DNA from: Candidatus Binatia bacterium
Lineage (GTDB): Bacteria > Desulfobacterota > Binatia > UBA12015
NCBI GenBank assembly: GCA_036563615.1
Contig: DATCMB010000006.1
Coordinates: 130,149-194,148 of the forward strand
Length of the DNA stretch: 64,000 nt
Direction: 5' to 3'
This document shows, one piece after another, positions 8,343 to 19,303 of the stretch. The translations under genes and the position numbers were made by a program. Positions within the stretch are counted from its first letter, which is position 1. Each line of letters starts with the position of its first letter. Under the pieces are notes generated by a model. It worked only from the letters and a program-made list of their open reading frames with translations, was not told where the DNA came from and ran no database searches.

Positions 8343-10169
8343 TCACGGAGCCTCGCAGTCGATCACGACGTCGGCGCCCACCTGCTTGAACGGCGCCTGC
8401 AGCGGGCTCGGACGCGGATCGCCCGACAGGAGGAGACCGCAGTTCGTGCACTCGACGTTGGTCCACAGCGGATCCGGGTTCGCCGGCGTGCTGTTGCGCA
8501 TGGCGTTCACCCAGTCGACGATGCGCGGCACGCCGCCGGTCGTGTCGGTGTAGACGCGGTTCGTGCCCCACATCGTGTGCCGCGAGCCGGTGCCGATGTA
8601 GTAGCGATAGTTGTTCGGGAGCGCGGCCGCCGTGGCGAGCGCCTGCACGCGCATCTGCGCGTTGAAGGGGCAGCTCGCGGTCCACCAGGTCACGCCCGCG
8701 ATCGGGCTGTCGGCGAGCATCACGGCGTAGAAGCCGGTCTGGCCGCCGGTGCCGCCGTCGAACGCGGTCGTGTAGTGCGCCCACTTCGTCTCGGGGAAGC
8801 GCCGCGCGACGATCTCGGTGTAGCCGGGGATGCCGGATCCGTCGAACAGCACGTCGCGCAGACCCGGGATGTTGCGCGGGATGTTCGCCTCGAAGTTCCA
8901 GTTCGGGAAGTAGTCGCGCATGAACTGCTGCGTGACGACGCCGTTGCCGGCGTCGGCGAGCACGTTGAACTCGGCGTTCGGCCACACCTCGTGCAGCAAC
9001 GGCGCATGGAACCACGCGCCGTAGGCGCCGGCGCTCGAGCCGGTGACGAACACCTCCTCGGGATCGAGGAAGTGCTCGCGCGCCCACTTCTCGACGATGC
9101 GCGCGTTCTGGTAGCCGCGGTGCTCGACGTGCAGCGGGTAGTCCTGCGCGGCGTCGCCGAAGTGGATGTCGCAGCTGCAGTACGAGACGAACACGATGTG
9201 CCAGTCGCGGAACGGGTTCTGCGGGTTGCTGCGGTCGGCGAAGCCGCTGCTCTGGTTGTTCGGGTTGTCGCTGCCGTTTGGATTGACGCTGGTGTCGCAC
9301 ACCGGCACCGAGCACGTGAGCTGCTCCCAGCACGCGCCGCCGCCCTGGTAGTACATCAGGACCTTGTTCACGGAGCCGCGCTTGACGAAGAAGTGGTACG
9401 GCGAGCCGTTCATGCAGACCGCTTTGTAGCCGCGTCCGAGGTAGGGCGTCGTGCCGGTCGGCGAGATGGTGGTGAACCGCGCATCGTCGACCTTCGGAGA
9501 GATCACCGTGTCGCGACGGATTCCCTGCGCGATGCTCGTCACCAGCTCCGCGAGCTCCGTGCTGGTCGTCGTGCTCGGGCAGCTCGGGCCGGCGAGGAAC
9601 CGCGACACCGCGCGCCCGAACGCCGTGCTCGCACGTTCCTGCGCCGCAGCGCGCTTCTTGCCGCCCGCGTCGCGCGCCGGACGCGCGATGTACTGGCTCT
9701 CGGCGCGAAGCAGCTTGCGGCAGAGCTCGCCGCTCTGCTCGAGAAGCTTGCGCGCGCAGCTCGCCTGCTTGCGGTCGTCGAGGTTCAAGCCCTCCTCGAC
9801 GGCGGCGACCACTTGATCGACGCCGGCGTCGATCGCCGCCACGGCCGCGGCGACGTCGAGCGTCGTGTCCGCGCAGTCGCTCGCCTGCGACGCCGCGTCG
9901 GCGTCCGCTTTCGCCCAGAACGCGCTCAGCTTGTCCGCGGCGGCCGCGATGTCGGCCGCTCGTCGGACGGCGTCGCCGCTCGCCGCGTAGCGGCTCCACG
10001 CCTTCAGCACCGCGCGGCAGTACTTGCCTGCCTCGCGTTGCTTGACGCTGACGCAGCGGTTCGCCGGATAGGCTTCGCGCGCATGCGCCGGCTGCGAGAG
10101 CGCGCCGGTCGCGCCGGCGACGAGGACGAGCGACAAGCCGAGGACGGTCGTGCGCAGGGTCGACGTCAT
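8343..10169 (-). CDS. Secreted pectin-acetylesterase/Notum-family (PAE-like) carboxylesterase with a Cys-rich alpha-helical N-terminal domain
   Basis: Sec signal peptide. C-terminal domain has the GGGxC motif (YYQGGGACW) and catalytic GxSAG (VFVTGSSAGAYG) typical of PF03283. AAGGAGG Shine-Dalgarno sits before the ATG. Confidence 0.7.
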   Translation of the reverse strand: MTSTLRTTVLGLSLVLVAGATGALSQPAHAREAYPANRCVSVKQREAGKYCRAVLKAWSRYAASGDAVRRAADIAAAADKLSAFWAKADADAASQASDCADTTLDVAAAVAAIDAGVDQVVAAVEEGLNLDDRKQASCARKLLEQSGELCRKLLRAESQYIARPARDAGGKKRAAAQERASTAFGRAVSRFLAGPSCPSTTTSTELAELVTSIAQGIRRDTVISPKVDDARFTTISPTGTTPYLGRGYKAVCMNGSPYHFFVKRGSVNKVLMYYQGGGACWEQLTCSVPVCDTSVNPNGSDNPNNQSSGFADRSNPQNPFRDWHIVFVSYCSCDIHFGDAAQDYPLHVEHRGYQNARIVEKWAREHFLDPEEVFVTGSSAGAYGAWFHAPLLHEVWPNAEFNVLADAGNGVVTQQFMRDYFPNWNFEANIPRNIPGLRDVLFDGSGIPGYTEIVARRFPETKWAHYTTAFDGGTGGQTGFYAVMLADSPIAGVTWWTASCPFNAQMRVQALATAAALPNNYRYYIGTGSRHTMWGTNRVYTDTTGGVPRIVDWVNAMRNSTPANPDPLWTNVECTNCGLLLSGDPRPSPLQAPFKQVGADVVIDCEAP

Positions 10170-10271
10170 GGGTCCCTCCTTGGACGGGTCAAAGTGCGGT
10201 GCCCGGCGGACTCTACTCGCGTCGCGCCTCGCGGGGCAACACGAGAGTCGTCGCTGCGTGCCGTGTGTCGC

Positions 10272-10493
10272 TCAGCGCGCGGCGGGCTGCGGGCTCTGAT
10301 CGGGCAGGCCGCGCTTCTTCCAGAGGGCGAGGAGCAGCGTGACGAGGCCGAGCAGCAGCTCGTCGACCGGCGGGATCGGGTCCGGCAGGACGAGGCTCAA
10401 GAGGAACAGCGCCCCGGTCAGCAGCATCAGCGTCGGGAAGCGGAGCCGACCGAGGTAGCGGAGCAGCAGCGCGACGAGCGGCCTGCGGACCAT
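10272..10493 (-). CDS. Small hypothetical membrane protein (2 TM)
   Basis: 74 aa, with two hydrophobic helices and a KKRGLP basic patch. The start is taken at the internal MVRRPLV. Confidence 0.4.
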   Translation of the reverse strand: MVRRPLVALLLRYLGRLRFPTLMLLTGALFLLSLVLPDPIPPVDELLLGLVTLLLALWKKRGLPDQSPQPAAR

Positions 10494-10569
10494 TTCGCGA
10501 TGCTTGCTGGCCGCGGCTTCTGGTTCAAGGCGGCGGCGCGGGCTATGGTCGGTGCCCGCGAGGAGACCG

Positions 10570-10932
10570 ATGCCGCAGCTCATCGAGAAGCCGACCATCA
10601 TCCAGGCCGCCGGCAACAAGCCCAAGCAGATCGCCGAGTACGTCGGGCGCGTGAACAGCGGCCACGACGCCGTCAGCGTCGCCCACATGCGCTCGCCGGA
10701 GGGCTGGGTCGAGCCCGGGCAGCGTCCCGAGTTCGAGGAGATCACGCTCGTGCTGCGCGGCATGCTGCGCGTCGAGCACGAGGGCGGCGTGCTCGAGGTG
10801 CGCGCCGGACAGGCGGTGGTCGCGAAGCCCGGCGAGTGGGTGCGCTACAGCAGTCCCGAGCCCGAGGGCGCGGAGTACGTCGCGATCTGCTTGCCCGCGT
10901 TCTCGCCCGACACCGTGCACCGCGACGCCTGA
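10570..10932 (+). CDS. Cupin-domain protein
   Basis: Small beta-barrel cupin pattern (G..E.HEGG..EV..G...V..PGEWVRY). ATG at 10570. Confidence 0.65.
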   Translation: MPQLIEKPTIIQAAGNKPKQIAEYVGRVNSGHDAVSVAHMRSPEGWVEPGQRPEFEEITLVLRGMLRVEHEGGVLEVRAGQAVVAKPGEWVRYSSPEPEGAEYVAICLPAFSPDTVHRDA

Positions 10933-10966
10933 GCAGCGCGACGATCGACGCTCGCCGCGCGCGATT

Positions 10967-10982
10967 ATGACGCGCGCGTCAT
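10967..10982. promoter_or_regulatory. Perfect 16-nt palindrome ATGACGCGCGCGTCAT in the intergenic region
   Basis: Self-complementary over all 16 nt. Lies between the cupin gene and the DUF2845 gene. Confidence 0.2.
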
Positions 10983-11046
10983 GGCGCACGCGGACCACGT
11001 GGCGTAGCTCGTCCTTACCCCCGACCCCCGCGACGGGAGGTCGACG

Positions 11047-11388
11047 ATGCGACGAGCGTCGAGGACGGCGAGCAAGGTGGCGCTGCTGTGCGCGGCGGTC
11101 GTGGCGGCGGCGGTGCTGCTGCTCTTCGCGCAGACGGCCGCGGCCGGGATGATCTGCGGGCGGACGGTCGTCCTGCCCGGCGCCAGCAAGCGCGAGGTGC
11201 TCGCGAAGTGTGGTCCGCCGTCGCGCCGGCAGTCGTTCGACGGCAAGCCGCTGCGCGGCAAGGTCAAGAGCAAGGGCGGCAGCCGCGAGGTGTGGGTCTA
11301 CGACCTCGGCTCGCGCCAGCTCGTGCGCTACTTGACGTTCGACCGCGGCCGGCTGCGCTCGATCGATTTCGGCGGCTACGGCCGCTGA
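11047..11388 (+). CDS. DUF2845-like small secreted protein
   Basis: Signal peptide. Carries the GMxCG...V..KCG.P...WVY conserved pattern of DUF2845. Confidence 0.6.
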   Translation: MRRASRTASKVALLCAAVVAAAVLLLFAQTAAAGMICGRTVVLPGASKREVLAKCGPPSRRQSFDGKPLRGKVKSKGGSREVWVYDLGSRQLVRYLTFDRGRLRSIDFGGYGR

Positions 11389-11652
11389 CGCGCGCGCTGC
11401 GGCTGACGCGCGATCTGCGACACGGTCGATCCGCGCCTCGTGCGCAGGCAGCGGGCGCGGCGGGGCGAGCCCGCACGGCGACACCGCAGCGTGCGACGCG
11501 GCGACGCCCTCGCGTGCGCTCGGCGACAGCGCGGCATGCGAAGCGCCCGTTCGCCCGCGGCTTTGGCGCGCGCCCGCGGGCGTGTACGCTCGGCGTGCGT
11601 TCCGGCGCCGCATGCTCCCGCCATGCGTCGCGCCGCCCCGCACGCTCCCGCC

Positions 11653-12945
11653 ATGCCGAGCCCGAGCCTCGACCGCGACGCGGCGTCGCGTCGCCGCGTC
11701 CTGACGATCGCGCTCGCGTACGTCGGCTTCGTGAGCCTCGGGCTGCCCGATGGCCTGCTCGGCGTCGCGACGCCGTCGATCCTGCGCGACTTCGCGCTGC
11801 CGCCGGAGGGCATCGGCGGTCTGCTGGTCGCGTTCACCGCCGGCTACCTGCTGTCGAGCGCCTCGACCGGCTGGGTGCTGTCGCGCATGGGCGTCGGCAC
11901 GCTGCTCGCGCTGAGCTGCTCGGCGACCTCGCTGAGCCTGTTCGGCTACGCGACGAGTCCGTGGTGGAGCCTGGTGCTCGCCTGCGGCGTGACGTCGGGC
12001 CTCGGCGCGGGCGCGATCGACGCCGGGCTCAACGCCTGGGTCGCGTCGCGCCACGGCGCGCGCACCGTCAACTGGCTGCACGGCTTCTACGGCATCGGCG
12101 CGACCGCCGGACCGCTGGTGATGACGGCGGTGCTCGCGGAGGGTCGGCCGTGGCGCACGGGCTACGCGCTGGTAGCCGCCGCGCAGCTCGTCCTCGCGGC
12201 GGGCTTCGCCGCGACGCGCGCGTCGTGGAACGACGCGCCGACCGCCGCGGAGGCCGTGCGCGGCGACGCGCTCGTCACGACGCCGGACGAGCCGTCGGAT
12301 CCGACGTCGCAACCGGACGCAGCGCAGCCGACGTCGTTCGCGTCCGCGACCGCCGCCGACACCCTGCGGCGTCCCGTCGTCTGGCTGAGCGTCCTGCTGT
12401 TCTTCCTCTACTCCGGCCTCGAAGCGTCGACCGGGCTCTGGACCTACGCGATGCTCACCGAGTCGCGCGGCGTCGCGCCGTCGGTCGCGGGCACCTGGGT
12501 CGGCCTCTTCTGGCTCGGGCTCACGGCGGGACGCTTCGGCTTCGGCGTGATCGCCGGACGCGCGCCGCTGGTCACGCTGCTGCGCGCGAGCCTCGCTGCG
12601 ATCGCGCTCGGTGCGGCGCTGATCGCGCTCGACCTCGGCGACGCCGCGACCTTGGCCGGCCTGGTGATGTGCGGGCTCGCGATGGCGCCGATCTTCCCGA
12701 CCATGATCGCGACCACGCCGGCGCGGCTCGGCGCCGCGCACACCGGCAACGCCGTCGGTTTCCAGATCGCAGGCGCGACCGTCGGCACGGCGATCGTGCC
12801 GACGCTGATCGGCTTCGCGGTCGGCCGCTTCGGGCTCGAGGCGGTGGGCCCGGCCTTGCTCGCCGGCGCGCTGCTGCTGCTCGCGCTGCACGAGCTCGTC
12901 GCGCGGCGCGAGGCGGCGACGCGCGGGCTTCAGCCCATCGGGTAG
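11653..12945 (+). CDS. MFS transporter
   Basis: 12 predicted TM helices with MFS-type loops. Several upstream in-frame starts are possible. Confidence 0.75.
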   Translation: MPSPSLDRDAASRRRVLTIALAYVGFVSLGLPDGLLGVATPSILRDFALPPEGIGGLLVAFTAGYLLSSASTGWVLSRMGVGTLLALSCSATSLSLFGYATSPWWSLVLACGVTSGLGAGAIDAGLNAWVASRHGARTVNWLHGFYGIGATAGPLVMTAVLAEGRPWRTGYALVAAAQLVLAAGFAATRASWNDAPTAAEAVRGDALVTTPDEPSDPTSQPDAAQPTSFASATAADTLRRPVVWLSVLLFFLYSGLEASTGLWTYAMLTESRGVAPSVAGTWVGLFWLGLTAGRFGFGVIAGRAPLVTLLRASLAAIALGAALIALDLGDAATLAGLVMCGLAMAPIFPTMIATTPARLGAAHTGNAVGFQIAGATVGTAIVPTLIGFAVGRFGLEAVGPALLAGALLLLALHELVARREAATRGLQPIG

Positions 12946-13946
12946 GGGATCTCGCGCGACACCGCGTCGCAGGCCTTCAGCACGTCGTCGGAGAGCACGA
13001 CGTCGGCCCCGGCAAGCGCGTCGGGGAGCTGCGCGGGGTCGGTCGCGCCGATGATCGTCGAGCCGACGTAGTCGTGCTGGAGCGTCCAGGCGACGGCGAG
13101 CGTCACCGGCGACATCCCGGCCTCGCGCGCGATCGCCGCGAAGCGACGCGTCGACTCGAGCGTGCGCTCGTTGACGAAGCGTCGGGTCATCGCCTGCGTG
13201 CGCGGGCTGTGCTCGGCGTAGCGCGTGAAGCGCGCGCCCGGCGGCCACGCGCCGTCGAGGTACTTGCCGGACAGCACGCCGCCGCCGATCGGGCTGTATG
13301 GCAAGAGGCTCACGCGCTCGCGGCGGCAGACCTCGGCGAGCGCGTCCTCGAAGCGGCGGTTCAGCAGGCTGAAGTGGTTCTGGATCGTCTCGAAGCGCGG
13401 CAGCGCACGGACGTCCGAGGTCCACAGGCTCTTCATCAGCCCGTACGCGGTCTCGTTGCTGCAGCCGATCGCGCGCACCTTGCCGGCGTCGATCGCGCGC
13501 GACAGCGCCTCGAGGGTCTCCTCGATCGGCAGCTCGGGGTCGGGCCAGTGCGTCTGGTAGAGGTCGATGTAGTCGGTGCGCAGGCGGCGCAGGCTCGCGT
13601 CGAGCGCGCGCTGGATCGAGTGCCGGTCGAGCCCGGTGTGCCCGTGGCGCACGACGGCGGGGAACCAGCCGCCGCCCGGCCCCGCGACCTTGGTGGCGAT
13701 GAACAGCGAGTCGCGCGGTCGGCCCTCGAGCCAGCGGCCGACGATCTCCTCGGTGACGCCCGCGGTGCGCGCGTCGGGCGGCACGGGATAGACCTCGGCG
13801 ACGTCGAGGAAGTCGACGCCGTGGTCGACCGCGACGTCGAGGATGCGGCGGCTCGTGGCCTCGTCGGCCATCGAGCCGAAGGTCATGGTGCCGAGGCAGA
13901 TCTCCGACACCTGCAAACCCGAGCGTCCGAGCCGTCTCCGCTTCAT
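12930..13946 (-). CDS. Aldo/keto reductase
   Basis: Full-length AKR with LGTMTFG, catalytic-tetrad region and IGxSN motifs. Convergent with the MFS gene and overlaps it by 16 nt. Confidence 0.9.
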   Translation of the reverse strand: MKRRRLGRSGLQVSEICLGTMTFGSMADEATSRRILDVAVDHGVDFLDVAEVYPVPPDARTAGVTEEIVGRWLEGRPRDSLFIATKVAGPGGGWFPAVVRHGHTGLDRHSIQRALDASLRRLRTDYIDLYQTHWPDPELPIEETLEALSRAIDAGKVRAIGCSNETAYGLMKSLWTSDVRALPRFETIQNHFSLLNRRFEDALAEVCRRERVSLLPYSPIGGGVLSGKYLDGAWPPGARFTRYAEHSPRTQAMTRRFVNERTLESTRRFAAIAREAGMSPVTLAVAWTLQHDYVGSTIIGATDPAQLPDALAGADVVLSDDVLKACDAVSREIPYPMG

Positions 13947-14058
13947 GAGCGCTCGTCTACAACGGGGCGCGCGGACGGTCGACCGCCGGACGTGCGCGTG
14001 GCGTTGGCCGACGTGCGGCGTCGGTCGAGCGCGCGTCGTCGGCGAGTGCCGAGTGTCG

Positions 14059-15390
14059 TCAGCGAGCGCTGGGCGTCGGACCGGCGGCGTGCGCGGTCGC
14101 GCTCGCGCCGCTGCGCGACGACGGCGCGAGCCCGAGCACGAAGTCGGCGACCGCGCGGTTGAACTCCTCGGGCGCCTCGAGGTTGCTCAGGTGTCCGGCG
14201 CGCGGCAGCACGGTGACGCGCGCGTCGCGCAGCCGCGACGCCATGCGCCGCGCCTCCTCGACCGTGGTCACGACGTCGTCCTCGCTCGCGATCACCAGCG
14301 TCGGGCAGGAGATCGTCGACAGCATCGGCGTCGAGTCCGGACGCGAGGCCATCGCGCGCAGCGCTCCCGCGACGCCCGCTTCCTTGTTCTCGAGGATGAT
14401 CGTGCGCACGCGGTCGACGAGGTCGGGACGGTCGTGGAAGGTCGAGGTGCCGATCAGCTTCGGCAGCAGCTCGTCGGCCGCGACCTCGACGCCGTTCGCC
14501 TCGACCTCGGCGGCGAGCCGGTGGCGCTGTGTGACGGCCGCATCGTCGTCGGCGGTGGAGCGCGTGTTCGCGAGCACGAGGCCGCGCACGCGACGTCCGA
14601 GCCTCGCGACGAGCGGGAAGGCGACGTAGCCGCCCATCGACAGCCCGACGAGCACCATCTCGTCGACCTTCAAGTCGTCGAGCGACAGCTCGACCGCCGC
14701 CGCCTGGTCGGCGAGCGAGAAGCTCGCGTCCGGCGTCCAGGAGAGACCGAAGCCCGCGAAGTCGGGCGCGATCACGCGGAAGCGATCGGACAGCCCCTCG
14801 AGCTGCGGCTCCCACATGCGGCCGTTCAGCGGAAACGCGTGCAGGAAGACGATCGCCGGGCCGTCGCCGACGTCGCGGACGTAGAGCGGCGCGAGGCGCG
14901 CGCGCACCTCGCGGTCGAACTGCGGCGCGTCGTCGGGACCGTCGCTGCGCGCGCCGGCGATGGTCGTGACGTGCTCCGTGGCCGTGGGCGTCGGAGGCTG
15001 CGTCGCCTGCGTCTGCGGGGGGTGCGTCTGCGTCAGGTCGCGCTCCCGTGCACGCGGGGTCTCGCGGGCGACGCTCGACGCCGGCTTGCGCGCGCGCGCC
15101 GTCTCGCGCGGCTCCCTGCGCGTGACGTGCGGCTCGCCTCCGGCCCCGTCGTGCGCATGGCGTGCGGCTTCCTCGTGCGCGCGTCGCGCGGCTTCGCTGT
15201 CGGGCCCGACGTCGAGGAAGATCGACGCGACGTCGAGCGGGATCCGCATCGTGCGCGGCACGAGGGACAGAGGCCACGGGGCTGCGCGCTCCGCCCAGCG
15301 CAGCATCCCGCGGCCGGTCTTCGTCGCGAAGGTGATCGTGTCGGTGAGTGCGTCCCAGAGACCCATGGCGCCCCTTCGAGCGACAATCAT
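14059..15390 (-). CDS. Alpha/beta-fold hydrolase with about 150-aa N-terminal extension and a Pro/Thr/Gln-rich linker
   Basis: HAFPLNG...GLSMGG nucleophile elbow and a C-terminal His region typical of the MhpC/haloalkane dehalogenase-like fold. The N-terminal 60 aa (MGLWDALTDTITFATKTG...) are followed by a low-complexity linker (THPPQTQATQPPTPTATE). Confidence 0.75.
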   Translation of the reverse strand: MIVARRGAMGLWDALTDTITFATKTGRGMLRWAERAAPWPLSLVPRTMRIPLDVASIFLDVGPDSEAARRAHEEAARHAHDGAGGEPHVTRREPRETARARKPASSVARETPRARERDLTQTHPPQTQATQPPTPTATEHVTTIAGARSDGPDDAPQFDREVRARLAPLYVRDVGDGPAIVFLHAFPLNGRMWEPQLEGLSDRFRVIAPDFAGFGLSWTPDASFSLADQAAAVELSLDDLKVDEMVLVGLSMGGYVAFPLVARLGRRVRGLVLANTRSTADDDAAVTQRHRLAAEVEANGVEVAADELLPKLIGTSTFHDRPDLVDRVRTIILENKEAGVAGALRAMASRPDSTPMLSTISCPTLVIASEDDVVTTVEEARRMASRLRDARVTVLPRAGHLSNLEAPEEFNRAVADFVLGLAPSSRSGASATAHAAGPTPSAR

Positions 15391-15430
15391 GCCACGGGTC
15401 GGGAGCCCTGTTGAGTGGTCTACCAGCGCC

Positions 15431-15652
15431 TCAAGAATTCTCGTCGGTCGCGACGTGCGAGGGCAGGGCGTAGCCCGCCCCGACCAGCGCTTGACGCTCC
15501 TCGTCGCTCGCCTCGACGAGCTGGAGTCCAGCGTCCGAGGCCTCGAGGACGCCGTACTCCCTTCCTTCGACCAGCAGCTTCGCGTCGGGCGACGTCGGAT
15601 TCCTGATCGACCCTTCGACGATGCGCGCTTCCCGGGTGTGCAAGAGCTTCAC
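15431..15652 (-). CDS. Small hypothetical protein (73 aa; possibly DUF3006-like)
   Basis: Non-repetitive, protein-like composition. Weak resemblance to DUF3006 small proteins. No alternative gene occupies this locus. Confidence 0.3.
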   Translation of the reverse strand: MKLLHTREARIVEGSIRNPTSPDAKLLVEGREYGVLEASDAGLQLVEASDEERQALVGAGYALPSHVATDENS

Positions 15653-15701
15653 CGCGCCTCCTTTCGCGCCTTCCTCGGCGGCGTCGTGCGCCGCGGCGTG
15701 A

Positions 15702-15857
15702 TCAATCCGCGATGGTGGCGAGGATCGCGAGACGGGTCCGGCGATCCTCGACCCAGTCCGCGAAGCGGACCAGCCGCGCGCCGAGCCAGTTTGCGGCCGG
15801 CGTGCAACGATCGGCTCCGTTGAGGATGCTCAAGGCGATGCGGCTTGCGACTCTCAT
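15702..15857 (-). CDS. Small hypothetical protein (51 aa)
   Basis: Short ORF starting at MRVASRIAL. Support is weak. Confidence 0.2.
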   Translation of the reverse strand: MRVASRIALSILNGADRCTPAANWLGARLVRFADWVEDRRTRLAILATIAD

Positions 15858-16113
15858 GGTGCGGTCCCTCCGCCGGGGTGTCGAGCAAGGCCCTTGCCAC
15901 CGAGCGACGGCGGGCTCTTGAACGATCGGGTGTGCCGCCGTGACACGTCGCTCTTGTAGGAAGAGCAAAGCGCGGCGGAACGTCTTGCCGATTCGCGTCT
16001 GCGCCGTGCTCCGATCGCGCGCAGGCCTACGCGGCGACGGCGGATCGGACGTGCGATCGAGCGTGCGCGCCCTGGCCGCGATGTTGCGGAAGCCTCACCT
16101 CAGGAGGTGGTCC

Positions 16114-16671
16114 ATGAAGGCGACCGAGCTCTTGAAGCGTCAGCACCGCGAGGTGAAGAACCTCTTCCGCGAGGCCAAGAAGGCCGAGGATCCGGAGGAG
16201 CGCCTGCGCATCCTGGGCGAGATCGAGCAGAAGCTCGACGTCCACATGATGATCGAGGAGGAGATCTTCTACCCGGCGGTGCGCGAGGTCACCGGGAAGA
16301 AGACCGAGGACCTGATCCCCGAGGCCTACGAGGAGCACCACGTCGCGAAGCTCGCGATGCTCGATCTCAAGCAGGTCGATCCCGACGACGAGCGCATGAA
16401 GGCCAAGATCACCGTCCTCGAGGAGCTCATCGAGCATCACGTCGAGGAGGAGGAGAAGGAGGTCTTCAAGCTCGCCGAGAAGCTCGGCGCCGAGCGTCTG
16501 GCGGAGCTCGCCGAGGAGATGGAGGCCGAGGCCGCGTCGAGCGAGGAGCTCGGCCTCGAAGGCGACGAGGACCTCGAGGAAGACGAGGAAGGCGGGGAGT
16601 CGGCGCGCACGCGCAGCGACTCGCAGCACCACGAGCGGCCCGCGCACCACGCGCGTCCGCACGGGCGCTGA
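16114..16671 (+). CDS. Hemerythrin HHE cation-binding domain protein with an acidic C-terminal tail
   Basis: Four-helix hemerythrin-like pattern with H/E ligands (HREV, HMMIEEEIFYP, EEHH, IEHHVEEEE). Strong AGGAGG Shine-Dalgarno lies 7 nt before the ATG at 16114. The C-terminal region is Glu/Asp-rich. Confidence 0.8.
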   Translation: MKATELLKRQHREVKNLFREAKKAEDPEERLRILGEIEQKLDVHMMIEEEIFYPAVREVTGKKTEDLIPEAYEEHHVAKLAMLDLKQVDPDDERMKAKITVLEELIEHHVEEEEKEVFKLAEKLGAERLAELAEEMEAEAASSEELGLEGDEDLEEDEEGGESARTRSDSQHHERPAHHARPHGR

Positions 16672-16687
16672 GCGCGCGTCAAGCAAA

Positions 16688-16752
16688 AACGCCGACCCCA
16701 AGGCCGGCGTCGCACGCAGGAAAACGTTCGGGGGCGGGCCGCATACACGGCC
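16688..16752. terminator. Two adjacent GC-rich hairpins between the convergent hemerythrin and ahcY genes (probable bidirectional terminator region)
   Basis: Hairpin 1 is gggcgggccg / cggcccgccc, a 10-bp perfect stem with a 7-nt loop, followed on the minus strand by gaacgTTTTcc. Hairpin 2 is acgccggcc..ggtcggcgt, followed on the minus strand by TTTTTgctt. Confidence 0.35.
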
Positions 16753-16773
16753 CGCCCCGAGCGATGATGCAGC

Positions 16774-18252
<1,479 letters not shown>

Positions 18253-18263
18253 TCGTCTTCCTC

Positions 18264-19244
18264 CTATGATGGTCTGCTGCTTCGATGACCGTTGATCTGG
18301 CGCGCGCGGCGCGCGGTCGCTGCGAACAGAGCCGGCCCCTTGGCTTGGGGGTCGGCGGGTAGGGCGCGCACGCGGACGTCGGAGTAGCCGGCGTCGACCA
18401 GCCACTGCTCGATCTGTGCGCGCGAGAAGCCGAGCCAGACGTGCCCCATCTGCTGCTGGTACTCCGCACGCTCGTGCTCGAACATGTCGACGATCAGGAG
18501 ACGTCCGCCGGGCTTGAGCACGCGACGCGCCTCGAGCAGCACCACCAGCGGCTCGGGCAGGTGGTGCAGGACGAGGAACATCGTCGCCGCGTCGAGCGAC
18601 TGATCCTCGACGGGTAGGCTCTCGAGCTCGCCCTGGCGCAGCTCGACGTTGTCGAGGTGGGAGAGCCGCTGGCGCGCCGCCTTGAGCATGGCGCGCGAGC
18701 TCTCGACCGCGACCACGCGCGCGACGAACGGCGCGAGCGCCTCGGCGATCTGTCCCGTGCCGCAGCCGAGGTCGCCGACCACCCAGGTGTCGTCGAGCAA
18801 CGCGGCGAGCGCCAGCAGGTCGAAGCGCTCGCCGAACATCTCGCGCCGCAGCCGGTCCCACTGCCCGGCGGCGGAGGTGAAGAAGGCCTGCGAGCGCGTG
18901 CGGCGCTCGGCGAGGACGCGCGTCAAGCGATGGTCGTCGCGCTCGGCAGCCGGCATGTGCGACGTCTGCTCGCGCAGCAGCGCCCAGAGCCGGCGCGCCG
19001 CCGGATCGATGTCCTCGGTCGCCATCCGGTAGAGCCGGCTCGTGCCGTCGGGGCGCACCTTCACCCAGCCGTCGTCGGCGAGGACCTTGAGGTGGCGGCT
19101 GACGGTCGACTGCGGCGCCTGCAGGATGGCGCACAGGTCGGCCACGGTGAGCTCGTGGCGCTCGACCAGACGCAGCAGGCGGGCGCGCGTCGCGTCGGCG
19201 AGCGACGCCATCCAGGACAGCATGGCGGGCGCGGCGGGTTCCAT
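18264..19244 (-). CDS. sahR: ArsR-family wHTH regulator fused to a SAM-dependent methyltransferase-like domain (SahR-type SAH-responsive regulator)
   Basis: N-terminal ArsR HTH ([24 protein letters not shown]) plus a C-terminal class I MTase fold (DLGCGTG). It ends 12 nt before ahcY on the same strand, as described for SahR regulons. Confidence 0.7.
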   Translation of the reverse strand: MEPAAPAMLSWMASLADATRARLLRLVERHELTVADLCAILQAPQSTVSRHLKVLADDGWVKVRPDGTSRLYRMATEDIDPAARRLWALLREQTSHMPAAERDDHRLTRVLAERRTRSQAFFTSAAGQWDRLRREMFGERFDLLALAALLDDTWVVGDLGCGTGQIAEALAPFVARVVAVESSRAMLKAARQRLSHLDNVELRQGELESLPVEDQSLDAATMFLVLHHLPEPLVVLLEARRVLKPGGRLLIVDMFEHERAEYQQQMGHVWLGFSRAQIEQWLVDAGYSDVRVRALPADPQAKGPALFAATARRARQINGHRSSRPS

Positions 19245-19260
19245 CCGTTTATCCGGATGG
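19241..19260. promoter_or_regulatory. Palindrome CCATCCG-N6-CGGATGG overlapping the sahR start codon
   Basis: 7-nt perfect inverted repeat with a 6-nt spacer at the 5' end of the sahR-ahcY unit. Candidate operator. Confidence 0.25.
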
Positions 19261-19303
19261 ACCGTTACAGGCGCCGCGCGGGCGAGTCAACGGGGTTTCT
19301 GGC

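Noticed and set aside
8305-10970. Large overlapping ORFs (8305..9999 -, 8577..10970 +) across the PAE-like gene
   Set aside because: No domain-like sequence and extreme Arg/Gly/Asp bias. The 8343..10169 minus frame has clear catalytic motifs and a signal peptide.
10543-13425. 960-aa minus-strand ORF spanning the cupin, DUF2845 and MFS genes
   Set aside because: Continuous Arg/Ala/Gly-rich junk frame. The region is fully explained by three + strand genes with recognisable folds.
13843-15414. 523-aa + strand ORF and 444-aa minus ORF (13943..15277) over the AKR and hydrolase region
   Set aside because: Antisense or shifted frames. The real genes are the AKR (12930..13946) and the alpha/beta hydrolase (14059..15390).
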